NCBI RefSeq assembly: GCF_006345805.1 | Contig: NC_043001.1 | Location: forward strand, 90,458,001-90,522,000 | Direction: 5' to 3' | Source: Octopus sinensis | Lineage: Eukaryota | Length of the DNA: 64,000 nucleotides | Shown here: piece after piece, positions 50,531-63,570 of the stretch | How the letters are laid out: each line of letters starts with the position of its first letter | Position numbering within the stretch: the stretch's first letter is position 1 | Notes under the pieces: generated by a model | What the model saw: only the letters and a program-made list of their open reading frames with translations | Databases searched by the model: none | Told to the model about the DNA's origin: nothing | Made by a program: the position numbers and the translations under genes

Positions 50531-51077
50531 TTTGTGATTTTAGGTATTGTTTTTGTCAACCTTCCTGTCCGCTTTTATGCACTTTTCATTACTTTTATTT
50601 GTCATCAGGACTGTATATTTATCTGGTCCTTTGTGGTATTGTTCAAATCCACATTACTAATTTGTTATCGTAGCTGTATCTCTCTATTTGCATAGATATT
50701 TGAGGTACGTGTCTCTCATTCTGTCCAATGTCTGATCTTCGCTTCACCTTCCTGGCTTCTACTATTCTCACACCGTCCCACTTGTTTAGATATTAGTTTC
50801 CCTTCCACATCAGTATTTCTTTCCAAGAAACAAAAACCGTTTGGGTTATATTGCTCTATCTAGTAATAATACGTTATGTAAAATGCTTAAAATCTTTAAA
50901 AAAATTAAATTAGAATAGTAGAGGTACTGGTATTTAGTTCCAAATAATTCATTATTACTAAAGTTGAACTGAATTAAAATTTCAACAGTTTTCATGACTA
51001 GTGTATCAAATTACGAAATACTCTCATTATCGAGTGCTTTCTTTAAAAACTTTTATGATAAATGAGTACTTGTTGGA

Positions 51078-51290
51078 CGGCAAGCTGACAGAATTGATAA
51101 AGCATCGGAAACATTTTTGAGTTATTTCATCCGTTATTTTATTTTCAGGATACAAATCTCCCCGAGGTCGACATTACCGTTCATCAGTTGGGAAGTCGGT
51201 AAAATAAATTACCGGTCATGTAATGGGGTCGGTGATATCGACAAACCTACTTTCTCTAAAATTACTGGCATTGCACCAGAAATAATTATT
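51078..51290 (+). mobile_element. SINE family B (diverged)
   Basis: cggcaagctgacagaat, ccgaggtcgac, gtcggtaaaataaattacc, tggggtcggtgatatcgac. Confidence 0.75.
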
Positions 51291-52420
51291 ACTGAATATT
51301 TTACGTCGGTAAATATGAACATATATTATCAGCACATATATTTGGCTAGTACATAGTGATCTACTGAAGGAATTTTGTCAACCCTACTCTCATACATACA
51401 CACACATACACACACACACACACATACACACACACACATACACACACACACATACACACACACACACATACACACACATACACACACAAGATATTAAGCT
51501 TGTGTGTGTGCCAATAATATATTAAATTCGATGGATGGTACAACAGAAGAGGTATATCACATGAATAAATTTCAGTGAATATGGTGAAAAGACACTGTCG
51601 TGCATTTGAAACAATATCTTCTTATTTATATCACCGATTTACTGTTCTTAAAATTCAGAATCTAACGTTTATTTCATTTTGTAATATAGAGCTACTTTGT
51701 TTTAATATCCATCGACTTGTTCTTTGTACAGATTATTTTACAATTTAATTTCGAAACATTTAGCCGCTAGAATGTGGCTGTAAGCAATCGATACTTCAGT
51801 ATGTATTTAAAAGAGGTAAATATATTCAATAAAATAAAAATTCAAATAATAAACGTATTCGATGATGAAAATATTTGGTAATTTGGGATGCTAATATCCA
51901 ATATCCATATTTCTGAAGGGATAAATATTTCATTGACAAATTCAGAATTTTTTGTACAGAAGCAGTGGTTGAAATCTCAGCAGCTCAGTGAACCAGTTGT
52001 TAAAATTTTGCCAGCTTGCGACTGAGTAGAGGTATTTGTAGACACTCATGGTTATAGATTGTGAAACTATGAACACGGACGTTGGATTGCGTATAGAAAA
52101 TGTGAGGAAGCCTTTTCCTTGGATTTTCATAGAAAAGAAGGTAAGTTATAAACATTAGATCCACACAATGATGTCAGCATTATAGATTAGTTTGAGATGC
52201 TTGGTATGGACATTTATATTACAGAATTCTTATGACTGGATGTGCATATTTAAGGCTAAACTAAGCGATCAAAATGCCATCAAAAATCATTTCACTCATT
52301 TTCGATGACCATCTCTGCGATCTCCGAACATAAATCCTAAATACAACCTTAGGGCATACCCAGTTCACTAAACCCATGTCAATCATTAGGCGTAAAGTCT
52401 TAAAGTTACTCATATTTGAA

Positions 52421-53076
52421 ATATTGGTTTCAAATTTCGGCACAAGGGGAGGGAGTATATCGATTATATCGACCCCTGTGCTCAACTAGTATTTATTTGA
52501 CTTATCTCGAAAGATGAAAGGCAAAGTTGACCTCGGAGGATTGTGAACTCAGAAAGAAAAGACGGATGAAATGCCACTGAGCATTTTGTCCAGAGTGTTA
52601 ACATTTCTGCCTGTTCAACTCCTTAATAATAATTATTTCAAATTTTGGTACAAGACCAGCAATTTCAGTGAAGGGGATAAATCGATTACACCAACCCCAG
52701 TGTTCAACTCATTTCATCAATCCCGAAAAAATGAAAAGCAAAGTCGACCTCGGCGGAATTTGAACTCAGAACGTAGAGGGACGAAATGCCGCTAAGTATT
52801 TTGCCCGGCGTGCTAACGATTCTGTCTGGTCACCGCTTTCGCCTTAATTATAATTATAACCCTTTTTGCTGAAGGCACAAGGCATGAGCAATTTCAGGGA
52901 AAGGGATAAGTCGATCACATCGACCACCGTGTTTCACTGGTACTTAATTTATTGACCCAACAAGGATGAAAGGTAAAGTCGAACTCGGCGAAATTTGAAC
53001 TAGGAATGAAAAGATCGACGAAATGCTGCTAAGCATTTTACCCGGCGTGCTAATGGTTCTGACAGCTTATCGCCTT
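52421..53076 (-). mobile_element. SINE family B, three head-to-tail copies
   Basis: Units at about 52421-52625, 52632-52846 and 52860-53076, each with gatgaaaggcaaagt-like and gaactcagaa-like cores. Confidence 0.9.
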
Positions 53077-53457
53077 ATTCATATTCGAAATATTTGTCGA
53101 GTCTTTAAAGAGATTTTAGTTGTATATTAAATGAAGCAACCTGAAGATTGTCATAGTACAATGACATAAAAATGCCACGGTACAGCGAGTAGTATATAGA
53201 GTGGTTCACATGTGTTGGATAGGATGTTTGTATTTGCCTTGATTTAAATAATAATGATTGTGCGTTTGCATTTTTAAAGTTAGCCATTTATAGATTATCA
53301 GTTCCTTTTTTTATGTTTGAAAAATATAGCAATCGTAGCAGAGAACTACTGTTGACATTAGCAGAAGATAAGACACTGGATTTAAAGAAAGTCATAGAAG
53401 TGACGCTTTGTCAGTAAAACATGAGGCTTAAACGTCTGATATCTCTTCGTTTATATA

Positions 53458-53535
<78 letters not shown>

Positions 53536-54282
53536 ATATATATGCATGCGTACATATATATGTATAAATATATACACGTATGTATGTGTATATATATATA
53601 TATATATACACATAATACATATACATACGTACATATATATACTTACATATATATATGTTATAAATATATATATGTGTGTGTGTGTACATATGTATGTATG
53701 TATGTATATATGAAGTAAACAAATGCATGTATATATAGCTTTACTTGCTTTCTTCAGATACCAAACATTAACACAACAAAATAAACTTTTTCTATCGGTT
53801 TCCATGAATGATTCCCATCCTAATGTATTTCTCTTCATACAAATGCACACATGACTGCTTAAGCAAACGATAAAAATTCAGGAATCAGTTTTAAGAGTCG
53901 CTCTTCAAGGAATGCGAATTCATATGCAGTTCTTCGTTGCGTACACATGCACGAATAGACATTGACCTTTAAGAGATTACCTGCGAATATTCATTTAGTA
54001 TTTGCATTTATTCATTAAATATAAATCTCTTTCTGACGAAATTTGTGCAAAACAATATTGTGTACTCTTGATTTCATCGACAGCATTAAAAAATGCAAGT
54101 TATAAGATCAGGGATGTAGGAATCTAGTTGACCTCCAATCTTACTTGGTTCACATACAAAGGATTTTTAATAATAATGTATAACATTTGACAGCTTGATA
54201 TTCATTTTACATAAGCACACAAACACACATATATTTATATTCATATACATTTATATCTGTCTATATTCATATGTGTGTGTGT

Positions 54283-54329
<47 letters not shown>

Positions 54330-54334
54330 TTTTA

Positions 54335-54640
54335 TGGATGGATTCACCTTCTCTGGAAGTTAACAATGTTTTTTTTTAAACTTTTTATAAAACTGTGCAT
54401 CATTAGAAAGCATTTTAAGTCTGCTTATAATTTGACTGTAAATTTCATAGAACTCACTCCTAATACTTCATGAGGATAATCAAACCCTCTAGGATGTCTG
54501 GAAAACATATATGTGATTTAGCTGATGAATGCTGGACATTTGTAATTGCTGCAATATTTGCAGCTTCAAATAAAATTGCTCTTAGTATGAAACAATTGTA
54601 TTAAACCACTAATCCATTCTTGCTGCTTTTTTCTTGGCTA
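54335..54640. repeat. Unclassified dispersed repeat, copy 1
   Basis: tcaccttctct..tacttcatgag..ctaggatgtct..tttagctgatga..gtatgaaac..tccattcttg.tgctt is shared with 55985-56280. Confidence 0.7.
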
Positions 54641-54734
54641 TATATATATATGTATGTATACATATATGTATGTATGTGTGTGCGTATATATATATATACA
54701 AACATATATGTACGTACGTATATATGCATGTATG

Positions 54735-54765
<31 letters not shown>

Positions 54766-54847
54766 CCTGCGCTTGAGAATAATTTAAAATCACTTCTTTA
54801 ACTTTTTAAGACATCTCAACGCTTCTAAAGCAAACTTCGTTTGTTTG

Positions 54848-55078
54848 TTGTCAAGCGATATTGGAGGGACAAACACAGACACACAAACTCACACACACAT
54901 ATATATATATATATATACGACGGGCTTCTTTCAGTTTCCGTCTACCAAATCCACTCACAAGGCTTTGGTCGGCCCGAGGCTATAGTAGAAGACACTTGCC
55001 CAAGGTGCCACGCAGTGGAACTGAACCCGGAACCATGTGGTTGGTTAGCCAGCTACTTACCACACAGCCACTCCTGCG

Positions 55079-55080
<2 letters not shown>
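54848..55080 (-). mobile_element. SINE family A, 5' two-thirds
   Basis: Near-consensus from gttgtcaagcg to cacagccactcctgcgcc. Confidence 0.9.
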
Positions 55081-55111
<31 letters not shown>

Positions 55112-55984
55112 GTATGTAGGTAGGCGTAAAAAACTGAACTAATAATACAGAGCGAGTTATGAATATATAGATAGATAGAAATTATGTATAAACACATGTA
55201 TAAACATATACATATGCACGTATATACATATATATATATATCTTTCTCTCTCTTTCTCGATCTTTTTTTCTCTCTCTCTACCTATCTAACTAACTATATG
55301 TGTGTGTGTGTGTATGTATGTATGTATTATGTATGTATGTATGTATGTATGTATGTATGTATGTTGTATGTATGTATGTATGTATGTATGTATGTATGTA
55401 TGTATGTATGTATGTATGTATGTATGTATAAATATATATATATATATATATTTCAAAAAATTCATAAAAGCACAACAAACGGATAATTCGTAGCTAATTC
55501 CTCATCAGTCAACGACCAAAAGATCCTTACAATTTCGCACCTTTAGCGTTGATATTACTCACTTTTGGTGGTGCCAGCGGCAGAAAGCCACTGGGAATAG
55601 TTAATGGGCGTACAGGACATTGATGAAAACAAGCACAACAAAATAAAATGATGATGTATGTATATATATATATAGCTACAGCCTCTTGTGAATAGCAGTA
55701 ATGTGATTAATGTGGCAAACACCTAATCATATAACAAGGATTGATACCTACCTCATTGTGTTCAACCATTGTAAAATTTATCGCCTGTAAATATGAAATT
55801 CATCTCCATTTCTCTAGAAATTTACATCTACACCATTGGAATCTGTGCATATATACAAAGGATTAATTCACCCTCTCTGTAATGCTAATAAGCAGGAATT
55901 GAGACCCACCTCGTTGTAATTAACAATGGATAAATTTGTCTTCTGTGAGTATATAATCCCTCATCATATCTATGGAAATTCATA

Positions 55985-56350
55985 TGGATTAGGTCACCTT
56001 CTCTGTGATGCTATCAAAACTTTTTTAAAATTCTGTGATAAGACTGTACATCATCTTTAAAGAACTTTAATGAACTTTAGAAATCTGTTTAATTATCTAC
56101 ATTACTTCATGAGTATAGCCTCAAACACTAGGATGTCTAGAGAACTTACATGTATTTTAGCTGATGAGTACGGGACTCGTTTATATGCTGTAATCTTTGC
56201 AACTTTTAATAAAACCTGTCCTTGTATGAAACGATCGTACTAAAAACCTATCCATTCTTGTTGCTTCTTTCTCGCTTATATATATATATATATATATATA
56301 CTCAAAATAAGCAACAAGAATATCTTCGGTAATATGGTACGATCGTTTCA
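55985..56350. repeat. Unclassified dispersed repeat, copy 2, ending in a (TA)n-centred inverted repeat
   Basis: Homology to 54335-54640. Inverted blocks 56227-56240/56337-56350 and 56254-56266/56309-56321. Confidence 0.7.
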
Positions 56351-57623
56351 CGCTACATCATTTTATTAAACGTTGTAAGTATTACAACAGTTTTAAAATG
56401 TTGAGCAATCATCAGCCATTTATAGGGGTTTTCCATTATACATATACATATTTTCATATTAATTGATAACATTATAAAGAAGGTAGATATATAGACAGAG
56501 ATGTTGATTTGAATTTTAAGAACATTAAAGTAATAGAATTTATCTATATATTGAAATCAATACACAGATCACCATTATCAGGTGGAATTTTAAGTAGGTA
56601 AGTTTTTGAATAGGATAGAATTTTTACACCGACCGAAATCCAAACATATATATATCGGTGGATAATATATAACTTTTTGATGTAACTTTTTGGCCAGTAA
56701 TTGTCTCAGTCATGTATGTTGAATGCAGTTTTTCAATTCGAGAACTCGTTATCAAGCTCGTTTCATCTTAGTAATTTTCCACTTCTTTATCTTCCATGTT
56801 TCGTTTTCTAGTATGCATATAAATGTGTTTTTGTGTGCATGCGTGTGTTTATGTTTTGTATGTGTATCTATATGCATGGACCCGATATGATTAGCAACAT
56901 ATGTTTATGAAAGTCGCATGAATAGTGGATTTTCCAAAGTGCTACCCTTGCTGCACTACCGTAGTTCTTAAACTGTACGTGATATTACAATTTCAAACAT
57001 CGGCTCATGGGGGGGCAGGGGGTAATGTTCTACCTGTCTAAATTTAGTCCTTTTCGTTATTCTTGTGTAGTTGTTCAATTCAAAACGCTCTATTTCGAAG
57101 TATATTGTTACATATATCTTTTTCCATATTACTAAATGAACGTCTAAAATAAAATTTAGTTGTGTTATAGTAATATATCTATTGTCTATAAAAAAAATGA
57201 GGAGTTATTAAACTATGGCAGTAAAAAATTTTATAGCATTCAACTTTTAGGTTGGAGAAAACGAATCAATAATAAATTTCTATAATTTTCATATTTCAAA
57301 GAAAGAAGTCCCTTACTTTCTATTTCCTTTGTTTTGTTTTTTTTTACACTCTTTTGTGAGTTTTTTTTAGAATTCGTAATAAAATCAGAACTGTCCTTTA
57401 TACAACTAATGCACAGTATTGTGGTGAAGAGTAAATCATTAGATACTATTGTGTACACGATTCTATGACTCCAAATGCATAAATACATATACATACATAA
57501 ATGTGTGTATGTGTATGTATGTATATATATTTATGCATATTTATGTTTATGAAACGTACGTAATATTTTGTAAATAAATATCTTAACAATGTCATGTTTT
57601 GTCTTGTTTTCTATGTTTATTTA

Positions 57624-57702
57624 TTTAGGTAGGTAGGTAGGTAGGTAGGTAGGTAGGTAGGTAGGTAGGTAGGTAGGTAGGTAGGTAGGTAGGTAGGTAG
57701 GT
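57624..57702. repeat. (TAGG)n microsatellite
   Basis: Directly visible. Confidence 0.95.
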
Positions 57703-58307
57703 AGGGAGCTAGATAGATATAGATATACATCACTGCTTAGTAGTAGGTCACTGCTTAGTAGTAGAAGAAAATATATATATATGAAGATGTATAAAGATGC
57801 ATATACTAAATATGTATTTATATATCTATACAGATATTTATACATATCAACATCTAACATGCAACTCGTACTCATATGCATATGTATATATGTATACCCA
57901 TTTATATGTGTATCTGTATGTATTATCGCCCCTGCACACGCAGGTATATATTTCTTGCATACATACATTCACACATACACACATACACACACACATACAT
58001 ACACATACATATACACACACACATAAGTATGCACGCATATACACACGAACATAGTTAGATGGTTGTGATATTCGAGTTTGAAAGAGGAATTATATAGGGA
58101 TTAGGAGTTAAAATGTAGATTTATAAGGTTATTGGGATTACCTAAGGTGTATTGTGGAAATATACTGTATGGTCATTTAGGCACTTGGATTTGTGGTACA
58201 ATTTGAATGTGTAAAAAAAGGCGGTGGTTGCATGTGCTTAGTGCCTCATTATGTTTATTTAGCAGCACTAGAGAGTTGTGCTTTAACATGTGAAGTGCCT
58301 CCTTCAC

Positions 58308-58349
<42 letters not shown>

Positions 58350-58375
58350 TATTATAATAATAGTTATAATAATAA

Positions 58376-59135
58376 TACAGTAGACAATTACAGGCCGATA
58401 TCCTGTTTGCCAATTATGTGTAAGTTATTGACTGGAATACTCGCAGAGTCAATGTACGAACATCTGGAAAAAAATGGAGTCCTGCCACATGAGAAGAAGG
58501 GTTGCAAGCGTAAGTGCAGAGGTAGCAAGGATCAACCCCTGATAGACAAAACTGTACTCAGAGACTGCAAGAGGAGGAAAACTAACTTAGCCATGTCATG
58601 GATCGACTATCGTAAGGCGTACGATATGATCCCACATTCTTGGATTATGGTATGTATGAACCTTTTGGAATTGCATCGAATGTTGAGCGATTGCTTTGAA
58701 AAAGTATGGCGAATTGGAAGATGGGCCTGACAGCATACGGAAGAAGTTTACGGACAGTAGAAATTAGGAGGGGCATCTTCCAAGGGGACTGCCTGTCTCC
58801 ACTGATCTTTGTACTGTGCTTGATACCACTAACTCCGGTACTGAGGAAAGCAAAAGCTGAGTATGTATTCAAAAGCCGCCAACAAAAAGTCAACCATTTG
58901 TTATTTCTGGATGACCTCAAACTTTATAGTAAAAATGAAGCCCAAGTCAGTTCCCTCGTTGATACGGCGTATACCTTCAGTGCTGATATCAGAATGGAGT
59001 TCGAACTGAGAAAGTGTGGTGTGTTAGTCTTGAAGAGAGGCAAAATCAAATGTATGGACGGGCTAACGAAACCGTCGGGGGTGGGGTTATGAAGTAGATA
59101 GAGGAGACGGGCTATAAGTACTTGGGGATTTGGGA
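58376..59135 (+). pseudogene. R4/Dong-type non-LTR retrotransposon reverse transcriptase fragment
   Basis: [73 protein letters not shown]. Frameshift near 58665 and internal stops. Starts directly after an (AAT)n run. Confidence 0.92.
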
Positions 59136-59139
59136 AATG

Positions 59140-59336
59140 GATCAATTGATTGGGGGAGGGAATAAATTGATTACATCGACCCCAGTGCATAACTGGTACA
59201 TATATATATTATCGACCCCGAAAGAACAAGAGGCAAAGTCGAACTCGGCAGAATTTGAACTCAGAACGTAAAGACGAACGAAATACCGCTGGCATTTTGC
59301 TCGGCGTGCAAAGGATTCTGCCAGCTCACCGCCTTA
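59140..59336 (-). mobile_element. SINE family B
   Basis: atcgaccccagtgc..ggcaaagtcgaactcggcagaatttgaactcagaacgt..attctgccagctcaccgcctt. Truncates the RT fragment. Confidence 0.9.
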
Positions 59337-59339
59337 ATA

Positions 59340-59341
59340 GC

Positions 59342-59401
<60 letters not shown>

Positions 59402-59490
59402 GATGATGGTGATGATTTCTTTTATTAGCCACAAGGGCCCAAGGCATGGAGAACAATATCAAATGAGGAGTTACAACACACAAAAACAAA

Positions 59491-59523
<33 letters not shown>

Positions 59524-59543
59524 AAATATAATAATAATAATTA

Positions 59544-59580
<37 letters not shown>

Positions 59581-59588
59581 TAGTAGTA

Positions 59589-59663
<75 letters not shown>

Positions 59664-59790
59664 ATTATAATAATTCATTTTATTGGCCACAAGTGCCCAA
59701 GACATGGAGAACAATATCAAATGAGTTACAGAGCACACAAAAGCAAAAATTAATAATAATAATGATAATAATAATAATTGTTTCTATGTT
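59340..59790. repeat. Two copies of a roughly 80-bp unit embedded in (AGT)n/(AAT)n
   Basis: tttatt(a/g)gccacaag.gcccaag.catggagaacaatatcaaatgag..ttaca..cacacaaaa at about 59417-59495 and 59674-59752. Confidence 0.85.
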
Positions 59791-60467
59791 GATCAATTAT
59801 TAAGTAGCAGTAGTATGATATCTAAATGACTCTAAAATATTCGATGCAATGGTTAAAGTAATATAACTACGTAGAATAAGCAGTCCACCTTACATTCTAA
59901 TAATAGACGGTGTGTTATTGTTATCAATATGGCGGGATTTAGAGAACATTAACGTAAAATATATGAGTCTATATAAAACTGTGTGGGCGTAAACGGTACG
60001 GTAGTGATTGCTACATTGTGTGTATAAATTGGTACCTGCAGCGTCGCATCATAATAGCGCGTATGATAAGGTCAGTGCTAAAAGACATGGCTGAAGAGTA
60101 CATAGACAATTTTGCGTATATGAGCATCTATATATGATTGAATTATATATGTATTTATGTATGTGTAAATATATGTATGTACATATGATATGCGTATGTG
60201 TGCGTGTGCGTGTATTTAACTGTGTGTGTCTTGTTTGATACATTATTTTTAATGTTAACATATCTAGACAGCGCAAGTTCCCTTGTGTTATTCACTTTGT
60301 GTGGCCTATGTTTCTAAGGAGGGATAACCACTTCACATTTATATATGCAAATACGTACTTATGTAAGTAAATATATAGATATATGCATATATATACATAC
60401 AAACACACGCACACATGCACACACACATACACATGCAAACATATATAATATATATATATATAAATTC

Positions 60468-60546
<79 letters not shown>

Positions 60547-60688
60547 TTTTTCTTTATTTGCCACACAGGCTGGACACAGAGGACAAATTACAAAGTAGAG
60601 CTTTTCTTTTTGGGGAGGAAAAAAGAGGGTTAGGTTTTCGATCAAAAGGGATGGTAAAAACATAGATAGATAGATGGATATATATATT

Positions 60689-60731
<43 letters not shown>

Positions 60732-61339
60732 TATATATATATGCATACATGTGTGTGCGTGCGTATGTGTGTGCGTATGTCTGCATAACATCAATATATT
60801 TAAATCATTTGAGTGGTGCTGTATGTTTTCATAAAAATGTATAGTCGTATGTATTTGTGGGTGAGCGTACGCATGCGCGCGTGTGTATGTTTGTATATAT
60901 GCCTATGCATGCTTGTATGTATATATGTAAGTATGTGTATGTATGTATGCATGTATGTATGTATGTATGTATGTATGTATGTATGTATGTATGTATGTAT
61001 GTATGTATGTATGTGTGCATGCATGCATGTAAGTACAGATATAGTAGTCTCACGTAAATAATAATACACTGGGTTGATAATTTTCGATCAAATGAGATGT
61101 TCTAAGAAATGAAAGTTAACTCGTCCGCTGTGGGTTTGATATTTCACAATAAGACGTAAGGGAGATAATACCATTTAGATCAGTTGATTGAAATATTTTC
61201 AAGCACAGAGACAAAAAAATGCCAATTGAAATGAATATGATTTATAAATGACGTTTTGGTGTCAACAATATAGTTGAAGGAATTATCTCGGGGATTGTAC
61301 CATTGTCACTATATCGGATGTTACTATACACAACCGTCG

Positions 61340-61995
61340 CAATGCGCTTCTTCATGTTGTTTTAGTGGTGACTCCGTTGGTTAGGCAGACAGGCTTATAA
61401 ATGACATAGATCACGACGGTCTGTCTCCCTAAACAAAACGCCAGTCAGTCGTAGGGTTACTCATCTACAGCTAAGTGGACTGTGGAACGACGTGAAAGGC
61501 AACTAGCTGGCAGAATCGTTAGCACGCCGGGCGAAATGCTTAGCGGTATTTCGTCTGCCGCTACGTTCTGAGTTCAAATTCCACCGAGGTCGACTTTGCC
61601 TTTCATCCTTTCGGGGTCGATTAAATAAGTACCAGTCACGCAATAGGGTCGATATAACCGACTTAATCCGTTTGTCTGTCCTTGTTTGTCCTCCCTGTGT
61701 TTAGCCCCTTGTTGGTAATAAAGAAATAGGTGTTTCGACTGTCTTTACGTTCTGAGTTCAAATTCCGCCGAGGTCAACTTTGCCTTTCATCCTTTCGGGG
61801 TCGATAAATTAAGTACCAGTTGCGTACTGGGGTCGATCTAATCGACTGGCACCTTCCCCTAAAAAATTTCGGGCTTTGTGCCTAGAGTAGAAAATGTGAA
61901 ATGAGTGTTCTGCTCAAGAACATACGGGACTCGGAAACATTAGCTTTTGATCATGAATGCAATAGTCTAACCACTAAGCCACGCACTTTCACACT
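61340..61995 (-). mobile_element. Old SINE family C-like host copy split by a family B dimer
   Basis: ttactcat..cagctaagtggactg..gtgaaa on the left of the insert; gtgaaatgagtgttctgctcaagaaca..aaccactaagccacgc on the right. Confidence 0.7.
61498..61895 (+). mobile_element. Dimeric SINE family B with a single 6-bp TSD
   Basis: GTGAAA at 61492-61497 and 61896-61901. Full monomer 61498 to about 61730, then a 5'-truncated monomer with a different tail. Confidence 0.85.
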
Positions 61996-62263
61996 CTGAC
62001 AATGTAATGCACACAAAATACAAAATCAACGGGAAGTCACTTATGTAATTATAGCGGTATTTAGTATTCAAAACATGGAGATAATAGGAATAAGATCGGA
62101 TTATCGAAATTATTGATCAATACAGAGAACGCAAATTGATTAGAATATGCTTCGACCCGGTGGTCTAATAGGATCGATATCTTTCTACTACTCTTCCAAA
62201 GCCAGTTCCACTTTTAATCTATATGATATGTATACACACAAACACACACACACACACACACAC

Positions 62264-62321
<58 letters not shown>

Positions 62322-62322
62322 C

Positions 62323-62356
<34 letters not shown>

Positions 62357-62366
62357 GTATGTTTAT

Positions 62367-62398
<32 letters not shown>

Positions 62399-62470
62399 CT
62401 TATAATAAACACATCTTTATGAAGTCTTCATGATTGCTGTTTCGTTTCCTTTTGTTTTTTCTTTTTGTTT

Positions 62471-63570
62471 ATATATTGGGTCACCCTATAAATAATGTGG
62501 TTTTCTAATACCTTTATTTTTCAAAATTAAGATAAATAAACTTTTTAAAACTAAAATATACTCTCCTTCATTTTCTACAATGCTCTTCCATGTATCAGGT
62601 AGACTTGCAAGGCTCCCTCTTCTAAAATTCACTTTTCCGTGACGAAAAATACTCTTCCAGTACTATTCTGATTTCGTCTACGGAGTTCATATATTTTTCT
62701 GTCCAAATGATTTTGGAGACTGTGGAGTAAATGATAATCAGATGGGACAATGTCCGGCGAATATGGTGAGTGGGGCATCGTTTCCCATTCAAACTGCTCC
62801 AACCTTTGGAATGTCATTCTCACCGTATGTGGCAAGCATTATTCTGATGGAAGAACACCTTTCGTGTTGAAACTAAAGATGGTCGTTTTTCTTGTAGCTC
62901 TCACTTAAGCATTCAAGCTGCTCGCAATAGGTCTCCTTTATTATCGTTTGGTTTGGGTTTTAAAATTCAAAATGGACTAAGCCTTTCATATCCCACCAAA
63001 CAGATAATGAAACCTTGCGTGGGTGAAGACCTTCTTTAGCTTGGGGTGCCGGTGTTTCTCCTTTCCCTACCCACGGTCTTCGGCGCTTGACGCTTTATAG
63101 AGAACCATTTCTTGTTACCAGTCATTATTCTGTCCAAAAAAGGTTCATTCTGAGATATGACAGCAAAGAAGAGCACACATTCACTCTCTACATGCAATTA
63201 GACTAGGGAAGTTTGTGAGGAACCCATTGGCCCAATTTGCTGACTTTTCCGACGACACGCAGGTGTCGAGGAATGGTTGAATGACCAAATGCATGTTTCT
63301 CTGCTAGTTCCCAACAGGCGGGATTTTGTTTCACCAGGGCTTGCAGGACGTCCTCGTCGAGTTCTACAGATCTTCCAGGACGAGGCTCGTTTTCTAGGCT
63401 GTAGTTTCCGGCTCGGAATGTCTGGAACCATTGACACCGGCTTACGCTTATTGTCCGATCCTCATGTACTACATTAATATTCCTTGCACTTTCCGTTGCG
63501 TTGTTGCCTTTATTGAACTCATAAAGCAAAATATGCCAAATATGCCCTTTTGTTGCTTGCAATCGGTTTT
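62471..63570 (-). mobile_element. mariner (DD34D-type) transposase remnant
   Basis: HIWHILLYEFNKGNNATESARNI, ENEPRPGRS, GQWVPHKL, FLDRIMTG, LSVWWDMKG, FHQNNA, PHSPYSPDIVPSDYHLLHSLQNHL. Many frameshifts. A TIR-like TATTGGGTCACCCTATAAATAATGTGGTTTT lies near 62474, with no clear partner. Confidence 0.88.

Noticed and set aside
53334-53410. RSRELLLTLAEDKTLDLKKVIEV, faintly like a Gypsy gag motif
   Set aside because: Too short, with no flanking gag, protease or LTR evidence.
56160-56186. CTGATGAGT-acggg-ACTCG hammerhead-like start
   Set aside because: It is followed by TTT rather than AAA, and the sibling repeat at about 54522 lacks the stem.
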